NCBI GenBank assembly: GCA_004356415.1
Contig: SMWN01000012.1
Span: 1 to 27,468, forward strand
Source: Gammaproteobacteria bacterium
Lineage (GTDB): Bacteria; Pseudomonadota; Gammaproteobacteria; Eutrophobiales; Eutrophobiaceae
DNA: 27,468 nucleotides
Direction: 5' to 3'
The notes below the pieces were generated by a model that saw only the letters and a program-made list of their open reading frames with translations, made no database searches and was not told the DNA's origin. The translations under genes were made by a program, and so were the position numbers. The first letter of the stretch is position 1. The number at the start of each line of letters is the position of its first letter. Positions 9,799 to 18,997 of this stretch are shown one piece after another.

Positions 9799-11106
9799 CT
9801 ATATTGTAGGAATCGTCAGAACCTGACCGACTCGGATCCTGTCGCTTTTCAATCGATTGGAATCACGTAATGTATTCATACTGACTTTATAGCGCTGGGC
9901 AATCCCTGAAAGTGTATCCCCACGCTCAATAACATATTTTCGATTTATAATACTCGCAAGTAATGTTCCCTCAGGGGCATGGTCCCTGAAATAACCTTTC
10001 AGACCATTCAACATTGCTTTAGCGAGTTTGGTTTGATACGTCTTACCTTTTAATTTTCTCTCTTCCTCAGGATTGGATATATAGGCCATTTCAACCAGTA
10101 TTGACGGGATATCAGGTGATTTCAGAACAGCAAACCCTGCTGACTGAACATGCTTTTTATGTGTTTTACCCAGTTTCTTCAGGCCACCCAGCACTCTGTC
10201 AGCAACGCCAATACTGGCTTCAAGACTGGCTGTTTGGGAAAGATCGAGCAATACGGATGCCAGAACATCGTCTTTATCATCAAGACTGACACCACCAATA
10301 AGATCAGCAGCATTTTCCCGCTCGGCTAACCACTTGGCTGCTTCACTACTTGCCCCTCTGTTGGAGAGGATAAAAACAGATGAGCCTCTCACCCTCGGAT
10401 CCTTAAAGGCATCAGCGTGAATAGAGACAAATAGATCCGCCTTGTGCCTCCTCGCTTTCCCAATTCTCTTGCGTAGACTGAGAAAATAGTCACCTTCCCT
10501 GATAAGTACGGCCTTCATGCCATATTCCTGATTGATTAAATTGGCCAAATTCCTGGCAATCTTCAGCGTAACATCCTTTTCGCGCAGACCATTTGGTCCC
10601 GTCGCGCCAGGGTCATCTCCCCCATGACCTGCATCGATCGCGATAACAACATCCTTTGATCTTTTATTGTCCGCCTGTGTAATTACCTGAAGGGCACCTT
10701 TTTGATTATTTTCATCATACAGGTCGACAACCAGGCGATGACCATATTGGCTGTTGGGTTGTAACAGAAAACTTCTCATTTCGATATTTTTCTTTAAATC
10801 AAAGACGACACGTAAATCAGAAGTACCTCTTTCGGCACTTCGAATATTTTTCAGATATTTATCTGCGCTGATGGGTTGGCTAATGGCCTGGCGGATGACC
10901 TGACTGATTTTTGCATTACGAATATCAACGACAAGACGGTGTGGCTTGTCGAGTAATTCCAACTTGTGCTCAACCGGGCCTGAAACATCGAAAACCACAC
11001 GTGTATTATCAGGCGCTGCCCAAATACGGACATTCTGCATTGTTACCTGCTCCGCAAACACAGAGATTGGCAACATGAAACACAAAATGAAACACAGTTT
11101 ACGCAT
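9799..11106 (-). CDS. amiB: N-acetylmuramoyl-L-alanine amidase (AMIN + Amidase_3 + LysM)
   Basis: Signal peptide, AMIN-like RVVFD/RLVVD, IDAGHGGDDPGA, FVSIHADAF, PSILVEMAYISN, and a C-terminal LysM (GDTLSGIAQRY...IRVGQVLTIP). Position between tsaE and mutL. Confidence 0.93.
   Translation of the reverse strand: MRKLCFILCFMLPISVFAEQVTMQNVRIWAAPDNTRVVFDVSGPVEHKLELLDKPHRLVVDIRNAKISQVIRQAISQPISADKYLKNIRSAERGTSDLRVVFDLKKNIEMRSFLLQPNSQYGHRLVVDLYDENNQKGALQVITQADNKRSKDVVIAIDAGHGGDDPGATGPNGLREKDVTLKIARNLANLINQEYGMKAVLIREGDYFLSLRKRIGKARRHKADLFVSIHADAFKDPRVRGSSVFILSNRGASSEAAKWLAERENAADLIGGVSLDDKDDVLASVLLDLSQTASLEASIGVADRVLGGLKKLGKTHKKHVQSAGFAVLKSPDIPSILVEMAYISNPEEERKLKGKTYQTKLAKAMLNGLKGYFRDHAPEGTLLASIINRKYVIERGDTLSGIAQRYKVSMNTLRDSNRLKSDRIRVGQVLTIPTI
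10868..10915. repeat. Degenerate 12-bp x4 tandem repeat in the amiB AMIN domain
   Basis: ctgatgggttgg / ctaatggcctgg / cggatgacctga / ctgatttttgca, encoding KISQ-VIRQ-AISQ-PISA. Confidence 0.6.
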
Positions 11107-11204
11107 GACCTTAAAACCCTAAGTTTTCCTGATATTGTCTTTGTTATTTGATTGTTACTTGAATAATTTCAAGTTTTATCTAGAAAATCAACCTATATCC
11201 ATGT

Positions 11205-11233
11205 TTTATAGGCAATAGTAAAGAAAAAATCAA
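11205..11233 (-). promoter_or_regulatory. Putative sigma70 promoter for amiB
   Basis: Minus strand TTGATT-17 nt-TATAAA, about 100 nt upstream of the amiB start. Confidence 0.55.
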
Positions 11234-11246
11234 GCTTTTAAGGTTG

Positions 11247-11696
11247 TCAAAAAGAACGGATAATATCTTTTCCTGAAGGAGTTTTGGCCTCTAATAACAC
11301 TTTTCTCTGATCGGCCTGATACTGAATATGAATATGAATATCCGGCGTACCCAGGAATGCTGCACCATTTTCTGGCCATTCCACCAGGCATATGCCTTCC
11401 CCGGTAAAGTAATCACGAATGCCGAGTGATTCGAGTTCTTCCGGATCATTGAGCCGATAAAGGTCAAAATGGAATATCTCCAGATGATTGATCTGGTAGG
11501 GTTCAACAAGCGTATAGGTTGGGCTTTTAACTATCCCCTGATATCCGAGTCCATTTAGAAAACCTCTGATCAGTGTTGTCTTACCCGCCCCAAGCTCTCC
11601 CTGCAGGAACAACTTGCTCCCGGGATGACAGAAACTGGCCAATTTCCGGCCAAGTGCCTCCATGGCAGACGCATCAATAACATCAAGCTGACACAT
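11247..11696 (-). CDS. tsaE: tRNA threonylcarbamoyladenosine biosynthesis ATPase
   Basis: GELGAGKTT, VKSPTYTLVEPY, HFDLYRL, LVEWP. Confidence 0.98.
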   Translation of the reverse strand: MCQLDVIDASAMEALGRKLASFCHPGSKLFLQGELGAGKTTLIRGFLNGLGYQGIVKSPTYTLVEPYQINHLEIFHFDLYRLNDPEELESLGIRDYFTGEGICLVEWPENGAAFLGTPDIHIHIQYQADQRKVLLEAKTPSGKDIIRSF

Positions 11697-11798
11697 TGGG
11701 CACCTCTGTTAATTCTGGGTAAGATATATTGAGATTCAAAATATTCAAGCACCATGCACAATATATAATGCTCTCATGCTTGGCACCAGAGTAAGGCG

Positions 11799-11871
11799 CT
11801 AAGTGATTGTAATAGTTATTCTATTGCAATTACTTAGTAACGCGACTATTGGAGTTTTTTGGACTCAATAG
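11799..11871. repeat. Two adjacent inverted repeats in the nnr-tsaE spacer
   Basis: 17-bp arms at 11799-11815 and 11821-11837 (15 Watson-Crick plus 2 G-U pairs on +). Second stem CTATTG(G)AGT/ACTCAATAG at 11846-11871. Confidence 0.75.
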
Positions 11872-11884
11872 ACTTGTCCATGGG

Positions 11885-13399
11885 TTAAGAGGGGTGCCCA
11901 CTAACTAATCGTCGTATCCATGGCATTAAGTCGCTGGCTAACAAACCGCGTTCACCATCAACTGCGGCATTATCTGCGGCAGCTGCATGAATGCATACGC
12001 CCAATCGAGCAGCATCTCCTTTTTCAAGTCCCTGTGCAGATAAACCCGCAATAATGCCTGTCAGGACATCACCCATACCCCCACTAGCCATCCCAGGGTT
12101 ACCTTCTGAACAAATTGAGATGTTTCCTTCGTCGTCAGCAATAATACTGCCACTGCCTTTCAGCACGACAATACCGCCATATTTTTTCTGGATTTCACTG
12201 GCAGCAGAAACACGATCTGATTGAATATCGCGGGGTTCACAATTTAACAGTCGTGCTGCTTCACCCGGATGAGGTGTCAGTATCCAGCGATCAGAAGAGA
12301 CAGGTTCTCGCGCAAGTATATTCAGGGCATCTGCATCAACGACCAATGGCAATTTCCCCTCCAACACCTTGGAAAATAACGAAGACCCCCAGGTAGATTG
12401 ACCAAGCCCCGGCCCAATGGCCACGACACTGGCCTTTCCCAGAAGTGGTTTGATTTCGATCGAGTTTTCAATCGAATGAGCCATAATTTCCGGGACCCCC
12501 ATGGTGATCAATGCGGCATGATTCGCATGGGTGGCGAGACTGACTAATCCTGCACCGGTTCTCGCTGCAGCTTCAGCACTCAACCGTGCTGCGCCAGCAA
12601 AACCTTGATCTCCACCAACTACAAGTACATGCCCATAGTTTCCCTTGTGTGAAGATTTCGATCTTGGTTTTAATAAAGATTGCAGATCATCTAATGTAAT
12701 TCGTTTTGTCATAGATACAATTTTTGTCAGTACCCCATCGGGTACATCCAGCTTGTCAAAATGGACATCTCCAGCATATTCCACACCTTGCCCAGTAAAC
12801 AAGCCTTGTTTAAGGCCAATAAATGTCATTGTGGCCTTTGCATGAACAGCACACCCCATGACCCTGCCCGTATCGGCATTGAGACCGGAAGGGATATCAA
12901 GGGATAAAACAGGTATATCACAACGATTAATAGTATTGATGACCTCTTGCCATTGACCAGTGACTTCCCTGTCCAGACCGGTACCGAGAAGCGCATCGAC
13001 AATGACATCACAGTCATTCAGTTTTCCCCCAAAATCATGACCAAAAGCATATTGCACAGGTTCCAGACCACTGGTAATACATCTTTCTGCAGCCTGTAAG
13101 GCATCACCTGATAATTTTTCGTGATTCCCCACTTGGTGTAGTTTGACGAGGAGATCATCCTCATTGGCAAGCCGTGCCAATATATAACCATCACCCCCGT
13201 TGTTGCCTGGACCGCAGAGCACGTGAATACATTTTGCGTCAGGCCATTTTGAACGCATTAATTGATAGGCCGATGCACCCGCATTTTCCATTAAGGTCAT
13301 ACTGGGAATGGAAAATTCCTCGATGGCAATACGATCCAGCTCTCTAACCTGTGCCGAGAGATAAAGTGTCTTCGGCAAGGATGTTTTATCTGATGACAT
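11885..13399 (-). CDS. nnr: Bifunctional NAD(P)HX epimerase/dehydratase
   Basis: YjeF_N (CGPGNNGGDG, DALLGTG, DIPSG) fused to a carbohydrate-kinase-like domain (HKGNYG, GPGLG, DADAL, TPHPGEAARL, GGMGDVL). Confidence 0.97.
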   Translation of the reverse strand: MSSDKTSLPKTLYLSAQVRELDRIAIEEFSIPSMTLMENAGASAYQLMRSKWPDAKCIHVLCGPGNNGGDGYILARLANEDDLLVKLHQVGNHEKLSGDALQAAERCITSGLEPVQYAFGHDFGGKLNDCDVIVDALLGTGLDREVTGQWQEVINTINRCDIPVLSLDIPSGLNADTGRVMGCAVHAKATMTFIGLKQGLFTGQGVEYAGDVHFDKLDVPDGVLTKIVSMTKRITLDDLQSLLKPRSKSSHKGNYGHVLVVGGDQGFAGAARLSAEAAARTGAGLVSLATHANHAALITMGVPEIMAHSIENSIEIKPLLGKASVVAIGPGLGQSTWGSSLFSKVLEGKLPLVVDADALNILAREPVSSDRWILTPHPGEAARLLNCEPRDIQSDRVSAASEIQKKYGGIVVLKGSGSIIADDEGNISICSEGNPGMASGGMGDVLTGIIAGLSAQGLEKGDAARLGVCIHAAAADNAAVDGERGLLASDLMPWIRRLVSGHPS

Positions 13400-13415
13400 T
13401 GTAAGGAGGACTAAT

Positions 13416-13958
13416 TTAGCTGATGAAATAATGTTCCCGATAGAATTTTAATTCATTAATAGAATCCCGTATGTCTTCCATGGCGAGATGCGTTGAATTT
13501 TTTTCAAATGTGGGTTTTTCAGGATACCAACGTCCAACAATTTCCTTGATGGAACTCACATCAAGATTGCGATAATGAAAATACTGTTCCAGTTGCGGCA
13601 TTAATCGGTGTAAAAATCGGCGATCCTGGCAGATACTATTGCCACACATAGGTGAAACGCTTTCAGGAACGAACTTTTTGATGAATTCCAGGGTCAAACT
13701 CTCCGCATCGGCAGCAGAATGTAGGCTTTCCAATACACGTTTAACAAGGCCGGATTGATTGTGTTGGTGTGTATTCCATTTATCCATCCCAAGCAGAGTC
13801 TCTTCCGCCTGATGAACAGCAATGACAGGCCCCTCGGCAAGAATATTTAATTGGGCGTCGGTGATAATTGTCGCGACCTCAATGATATAATCACTGTCTG
13901 TATCCAGACCGGTCATTTCCAGGTCAATCCAGATGAGATTATTTGCGGACAGGGTCAT
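13416..13958 (-). CDS. orn: Oligoribonuclease
   Basis: [44 protein letters not shown]. Confidence 0.98.
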   Translation of the reverse strand: MTLSANNLIWIDLEMTGLDTDSDYIIEVATIITDAQLNILAEGPVIAVHQAEETLLGMDKWNTHQHNQSGLVKRVLESLHSAADAESLTLEFIKKFVPESVSPMCGNSICQDRRFLHRLMPQLEQYFHYRNLDVSSIKEIVGRWYPEKPTFEKNSTHLAMEDIRDSINELKFYREHYFIS

Positions 13959-14068
13959 TGAGAATCCTTTTTTGCTTTGGCAGTTGGTATTCTACCCATA
14001 ATATGTGCTGCCTGAAACAAATTAGCCAGCTTAAAAGAACAGAAAGAGAATAGAAAATTATTAAAATT

Positions 14069-15313
14069 ATGAATGAATTTACCTATGTATTTCTTTTTGC
14101 TTTGGCCCTGAGCATCACTATTCAACTGGTACTCGGTTGGAAACATATCAGTCATGTTCGCTCACACCGTGAAAAAGTACCCCATGCCTTTCAGGGAAAA
14201 ATTCCTCTGCAGGCACATCAAAAAGCTGCGGATTATACTCAGGCAAAAGTCAAAACAGATTTTTTTGAGCTATTGCCAGCAACAATCTTCCTTCTGATCT
14301 GGACGCTAGGAGGGGCACTACAATACCTTGATGATAGCTGGCGATCCCTGGGGCTATCTGAACTCTGGACAGGCACAGCATTTTTACTTTCTGTGATTGC
14401 CATCATGTCGATTCTGGATTTACCCATGTCGGCTTATCGTGCCTTCGGTCTCGAACAAAAATTTGGTTTTAATAAAATGACCGTTGGTATTTTTGTCATG
14501 GATATTATCAAAAATACGACTGTAGGATTTGTGATTTTTGCCCCCTTATTTTTATTGATACTTTGGATCATGGATGTCGCTGGTAGTTTGTGGTGGTTAT
14601 ATGTCTGGATGACAATATTTGGATTTAGCCTGTTTATGATGTGGGCCTATCCAAGTTTTATTGCGCCCCTGTTTAATAAATTTAAACCGCTGGAGAATGT
14701 AGAATTGAGAGAGCGCATCGAAAACCTGCTTACGCGCAATGGCTTCACCAGTAATGGAATATTTGTGATGGACGGTTCAACGCGCTCAACGCATGGTAAT
14801 GCCTACTTTGCAGGTCTTGGCTCAAACAAACGCATCGTATTCTTTGACACGTTGATAGAAGAATTAACAAATGATGAGATTGAAGCGGTGTTGGCACATG
14901 AACTCGGACATTTTAAATGTAATCACATCAAAAAAAGTATGGTCGTTAGGGGAGCATTGTCTCTGGCAGGCCTTGCCATCCTCGGCTGGTTGATTGACTT
15001 ACCCTGGTTCTACCAGGGCCTGGGCATTTCTACGCCGTCGAATTACATGGCATTACTATTATTTGTCATGATATCACCAGCATTCACCTTCTTCCTACAA
15101 CCAATTTTTTCTTTCACATCGCGCAAACACGAATTTGAAGCGGATGATTTTGCAGCAGGACAGGCCCAGGCCGAACATTTAATTCATGCCCTGGTGAATC
15201 TGTATAAAGAAAATGCCAATACCCTAACACCTGATCCAATGTATTCGGCTTTTTATGACTCGCATCCACCAGCACCTGTCAGGATTGCACATCTGTCAGA
15301 AAAAGCTTCATGA
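14069..15313 (+). CDS. M48 family (Ste24-like) membrane zinc metallopeptidase
   Basis: 414 aa, multiple TM helices, MDGSTRSTHGNAYFAG, HELGH (HEXXH), SRKHEFEAD, SHPP...RI. Confidence 0.95.
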   Translation: MNEFTYVFLFALALSITIQLVLGWKHISHVRSHREKVPHAFQGKIPLQAHQKAADYTQAKVKTDFFELLPATIFLLIWTLGGALQYLDDSWRSLGLSELWTGTAFLLSVIAIMSILDLPMSAYRAFGLEQKFGFNKMTVGIFVMDIIKNTTVGFVIFAPLFLLILWIMDVAGSLWWLYVWMTIFGFSLFMMWAYPSFIAPLFNKFKPLENVELRERIENLLTRNGFTSNGIFVMDGSTRSTHGNAYFAGLGSNKRIVFFDTLIEELTNDEIEAVLAHELGHFKCNHIKKSMVVRGALSLAGLAILGWLIDLPWFYQGLGISTPSNYMALLLFVMISPAFTFFLQPIFSFTSRKHEFEADDFAAGQAQAEHLIHALVNLYKENANTLTPDPMYSAFYDSHPPAPVRIAHLSEKAS

Positions 15314-15600
15314 GTACATCGTATTCAATCGTACTGCTTCTGTGTTTACTGATGGCACCATTGGCCACAGCACAAGCTGAAGATATTAATGTTGGTAAAG
15401 AGCTACACCAGGAGAATTGCCTGGAGTGCCACAAATTTGAACTTTATGAACGCACTGATAGAACTGTAAAAACCCTGAAACATTTACGCTCACAGGTTTT
15501 ATTTTGTGCAGTGAATAATGATGTTGGGTGGTTTGATGAAGAAATTGATGACGTTACAGCTTATCTTAATACGTTTTATTATCTGTTCGACATGAAATGA
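15310..15600 (+). CDS. Exported monoheme cytochrome c, green heme protein (GHP)-like
   Basis: Signal peptide ending AQA, a single CLECH motif, no Met in the mature core but a third Cys (QVLFC), and WFDEE...YLN...YY. ATGA overlap with the M48 gene. Confidence 0.8.
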   Translation: MSTSYSIVLLLCLLMAPLATAQAEDINVGKELHQENCLECHKFELYERTDRTVKTLKHLRSQVLFCAVNNDVGWFDEEIDDVTAYLNTFYYLFDMK

Positions 15601-15623
15601 ACACTCATTAAAAAATAATCAGA

Positions 15624-16238
15624 TCACAATTTTCGTCTGCCAGCCATGGCATGTGAGATTGTTCTGCTGTTGACATATTCCAGGCCACCGCCCATAGGAA
15701 TGCCATGAGCAAGTCGTGTCACCGTCAAGTCATATTTCCTCACCATTTCTCCGATGAAATGCGCAGTCGCCTCACCTTCCACCGTGGTGTTTGTCGCCAG
15801 GATCACTTCCTGAATCTCACCCTTTTCAAGTAACTGGGCCAACTCAGGCAAACCAATCTCATCCGGCCCAATACCGTCCAATGGTGAAAGATGGCCCATC
15901 AAAACAAAATAAAGTCCTCGATAATCTGATTGTTCTATGGAGGGCACATCCACAGGGCTTTCGACCACACATAGCATAGAACGATCCCGCTTGTTGCTGG
16001 CACATAATTGACATACTTCCGTTTCACTAAAGGTACGACAACGTTGGCAATGACCAATCGTGTCCATGGCTTCATTCATGGAAGTTGCGAGTTTACGCGC
16101 ACCCTCTCTATCTCTTTCCAGCAAGTGATACGCTATCCGTTGTGCAGATTTTTTACCTATGCCTGGCAAACAGCACAGTGCTTCTATCAAATGCGTCAGA
16201 AGTGGGGACTCAATCATTGGCACAAAATATCTGAACAA
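15624..16238 (-). CDS. recR: Recombination mediator RecR
   Basis: [12 protein letters not shown]4 finger CQRC...[32 protein letters not shown]. The start may instead be the ATG at 16217. Confidence 0.97.
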   Translation of the reverse strand: MFRYFVPMIESPLLTHLIEALCCLPGIGKKSAQRIAYHLLERDREGARKLATSMNEAMDTIGHCQRCRTFSETEVCQLCASNKRDRSMLCVVESPVDVPSIEQSDYRGLYFVLMGHLSPLDGIGPDEIGLPELAQLLEKGEIQEVILATNTTVEGEATAHFIGEMVRKYDLTVTRLAHGIPMGGGLEYVNSRTISHAMAGRRKL

Positions 16239-16260
16239 TCTCTGAAGAGAGTTTCATGTT

Positions 16261-16584
16261 TTAGAAAGGGAACTTCATTCCGGCGGGCAAATCCATTCCT
16301 GCCGTCAAACCTGACATCTTTTCCTGAGTCATACTTTCCACACGACGATTCGCATTGTTTACTGCGGCAGCGATCAAGTCCTCCAGCATATCCTTGTCAT
16401 CACCAATTAGCGTCGGATCGATGGTCACGCTTTTGACATCGTGTCTACCTGTCATGGTGATCTTGACCAGGCCCGCACCTGACTCGCCTGTCACTTCCAT
16501 ATTGGCAATTTCTTCCTGCGCCTTTTGCATATTTTCCTGCATCTGCTGCGCTTGTTTCATTATGTTACTCAAACCACCTTTCAT
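16261..16584 (-). CDS. ybaB: YbaB/EbfC nucleoid-associated protein
   Basis: [25 protein letters not shown]. Sits between dnaX and recR. Confidence 0.97.
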   Translation of the reverse strand: MKGGLSNIMKQAQQMQENMQKAQEEIANMEVTGESGAGLVKITMTGRHDVKSVTIDPTLIGDDKDMLEDLIAAAVNNANRRVESMTQEKMSGLTAGMDLPAGMKFPF

Positions 16585-16634
16585 TCTATATTCAACCTCA
16601 TTTAAAAAATATTATTTACAGATCTTATCTATAC

Positions 16635-16776
16635 GAGACCTTTGCACGAAATAGATTTTTCGTCAGAGCAAGGCGAAAATGGTCTACAAAAACGGAGTTT
16701 ACACGTAGTAAATGAGTATTTTTAGACCATTTTTTTACGCCGCTATGGCGGAAAAAATGAATTGTGCAACGGTCTC
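16635..16776. mobile_element. MITE-like palindromic element 1 (142 bp)
   Basis: TIRs GAGACCTTTGCAC / GTGCAACGGTCTC (12/13). TATAC direct repeat at 16630-16634 and 16777-16781. Internal perfect 11-bp stem (16676-16686 with 16723-16733). No transposase. Confidence 0.88.
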
Positions 16777-18422
16777 TATACAGGCCTGATAGATTTCTCA
16801 TCCAGTGTCGCACCAAATATTTCTTCTATTGCCTGGACATTGGCGTCCCCTTTTATGGAAGACTCTGCAGTTTGCTGCTTTTCTCTTTCCTCGCGGGCTT
16901 TCTTTTGAGCAGGTGTCTCGGCCTCAGGCTCCTCAACGGTAATCTTGAGCTGAGTCCCTTTGCCAAAAAGTATCTCCAGTGCATTACTCAGTCGTTCCTT
17001 TTGAGTTTGATTTAGAAGATGTTCTTTATCCGGTGACAAAACCAGATGCACCTTCTCCTTACTAAGTTCTTTTAATGTGCAATGCCCGGCCAACTCTTTG
17101 ACTAATCCAACCAGAGCCATTTCATCAATAATAGATTGCCAGTTGACTGTACCTTCAGACTCAGCATTTGGTTGCGTAGTAGTATTGGTTTCAATACTTG
17201 TCACCTTGCTAGTAGCTAGTGGTTTTTCTGCTTGAAAAGAAACATTATCCTTAACTTCACCTGCTCTGGCTTTATTTCCCCTGGCTTGATTTTTCATGGC
17301 ATTATTTGTTGTTCTGCCAGCATCATCTGTACCAGGACTTGCAACTGCCGCAGGTCTAAAAGCCAACATTCTGATAAGTGTCATCTCAAATCCACTACGT
17401 GGATCAGGTGCTACAGGTAAATCTTTTCGTCCCAATATCCCCATTTGATAATACAGCTGAACATCTTCCTGACTGATATGTTGTGATAGTTCTTTAATCG
17501 CTTCATCCTGTTCAACATCATCACTGTTCAAAACCTGGCAGATAGCTATCTTCTGCAAGATTGAGAGTAATTCCACCAGGACCGAATCATAGTCTGGATT
17601 ATGCTCTGCCATATGGTCAGTGCACTGCAGAACAGATTGCGCGTCTCCGGATATCAAAGCCTCCAGTAATTCTTTCAAGTCAAGACTATCGATTGTTCCG
17701 AGCATGACTCTGACTTGTGCCTCCTGCAAATGGCCACCGCCATAGGCAATCGCCTGATCCAGTAAACTCAGTGCATCTCGTAAGCTGCCATCAGCCGACT
17801 TTGCAATCAGTTTTCTTGATACGGCATCACTTTCAATTGATTCCAGTTCGAGAATTTTCTCCAACTGCATATCTATTTGTTCAACGCTTAGATGCTTAAG
17901 ATTAAACTGCAGACAACGTGATAAAATTGTCACCGGGATTTTCTTGGGTTCCGTCGTTGCCAGCAGGAATTTCACGTGGGGAGGTGGCTCTTCCAGGGTC
18001 TTCAATAGTGCATTGAAACTATGACCGGAAAACATGTGAACCTCATCAATCAGATAGACCTTATAACGCCCAACGCTTGGTGCATATTGGACGTTATCCA
18101 TGAGATCACGCGTCTCATCTACCTTGGCCCTTGAAGCTGCATCAACCTCGATCAAGTCAACAAAACGTCCTTCATCGATACTTACGCAAGCAGAGCATTC
18201 ACCACATGGCGTGGAGCTGACCCCTTGCTCACAATTCAGACATTTGGCAAGAATACGTGCAAGTGTCGTTTTGCCTACGCCACGTGTCCCTGTAAATAAA
18301 TAGGCATGATGTAACCGATCGTTATCAAGCGCGTTGGTCAGTGCCTGTAACACATGGCCCTGTCCGACCATGTCTTCAAATGTCTTTGGCCGCCATTTAC
18401 GCGCCAGAACCTGATAACTCAT
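16776..18422 (-). CDS. dnaX: DNA polymerase III subunit tau/gamma
   Basis: YQVLARKWRP, GTRGVGKTT, C4 zinc module, IDEVHM, LKTLEEPP, SRCLQF, GSLRDALSLLDQ, C-terminal tau domain V-like region. Confidence 0.98.
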   Translation of the reverse strand: MSYQVLARKWRPKTFEDMVGQGHVLQALTNALDNDRLHHAYLFTGTRGVGKTTLARILAKCLNCEQGVSSTPCGECSACVSIDEGRFVDLIEVDAASRAKVDETRDLMDNVQYAPSVGRYKVYLIDEVHMFSGHSFNALLKTLEEPPPHVKFLLATTEPKKIPVTILSRCLQFNLKHLSVEQIDMQLEKILELESIESDAVSRKLIAKSADGSLRDALSLLDQAIAYGGGHLQEAQVRVMLGTIDSLDLKELLEALISGDAQSVLQCTDHMAEHNPDYDSVLVELLSILQKIAICQVLNSDDVEQDEAIKELSQHISQEDVQLYYQMGILGRKDLPVAPDPRSGFEMTLIRMLAFRPAAVASPGTDDAGRTTNNAMKNQARGNKARAGEVKDNVSFQAEKPLATSKVTSIETNTTTQPNAESEGTVNWQSIIDEMALVGLVKELAGHCTLKELSKEKVHLVLSPDKEHLLNQTQKERLSNALEILFGKGTQLKITVEEPEAETPAQKKAREEREKQQTAESSIKGDANVQAIEEIFGATLDEKSIRPV

Positions 18423-18571
18423 TTACTTTCTGTTCATCCCGTTGGTGTTTGTCACTGTTTATATCGATGGACAAGCACGGTAGTCAATAGAGCCATATGA
18501 TACATGAGGACAACATAAAGTGTCGCACAGGAATCAGTGTTCGTTCACCGGGAATCCATAAATACAGATAA

Positions 18572-18686
18572 GGCGGCGGCCCACACCCGCCAAGACCCCG
18601 GCACTCGTATCCATTGCTGCCGTTGCTCCCTTCCGGGCCTGGCGGGGTTCACAATTTCACGTCGCGAGGAGACCGGTGGGGCCACC
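18572..18686 (-). ncRNA. ffs: SRP RNA (4.5S)
   Basis: Minus strand has the domain IV signature GAACCCCGCCAGGCCCGGAAGGGAGCAACGG (GGAA tetraloop) inside a long closing stem (GGTGGCCCCACC...GGTGTGGGCCGCC). Upstream of dnaX. Confidence 0.95.
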
Positions 18687-18791
18687 ATAACAATAAATTA
18701 AACAGGAAATTATCAGGGATAATAAACAAATTTATAGTGCATATATAGCTATTCAGTATACGTATAATGACATTACTTGCCATCTTTCAAG

Positions 18792-18932
18792 CTATTGTGC
18801 GCCAATATTCCAAAAGCCTGTTTCTTTCAGGACCATTGCATACGCCTCACTGACCTCTGCCCTCGTGTTCCTTGATGAACTCACGAGGCGGCCCTCCCCT
18901 GGCTGTACCTCAAAGCAGTATTTATCGGCATC
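18792..18932 (-). pseudogene. Possible 3' remnant of a gene truncated at the IS left end
   Basis: 46 stop-free codons (DADKYCFEV...GFWNIGAQ*) running from the IS boundary to a TAG, more GC-rich than the adjacent AT-rich spacer. No homologue recognised. Confidence 0.3.
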
Positions 18933-18997
18933 TTAGTCTTGCCCCGTTTTAGTGGACACATCTAAATTGACCTAGAGTTAGGGTCAGGAGGTGTGTC

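Noticed and set aside
16900-17330. Programmed -1 frameshift site for the DnaX gamma subunit
   Set aside because: No A-AAA-AAG heptamer or long A-run is visible in the linker region, so it cannot be supported.
18500-18510. ATACATGAGGA upstream of dnaX, identical to 26618-26628 in the element-2 core (possible third, decayed copy)
   Set aside because: No TIRs or flanking stems are recognisable, and an 11-mer match between ~280 bp of element and the window is plausible by chance.
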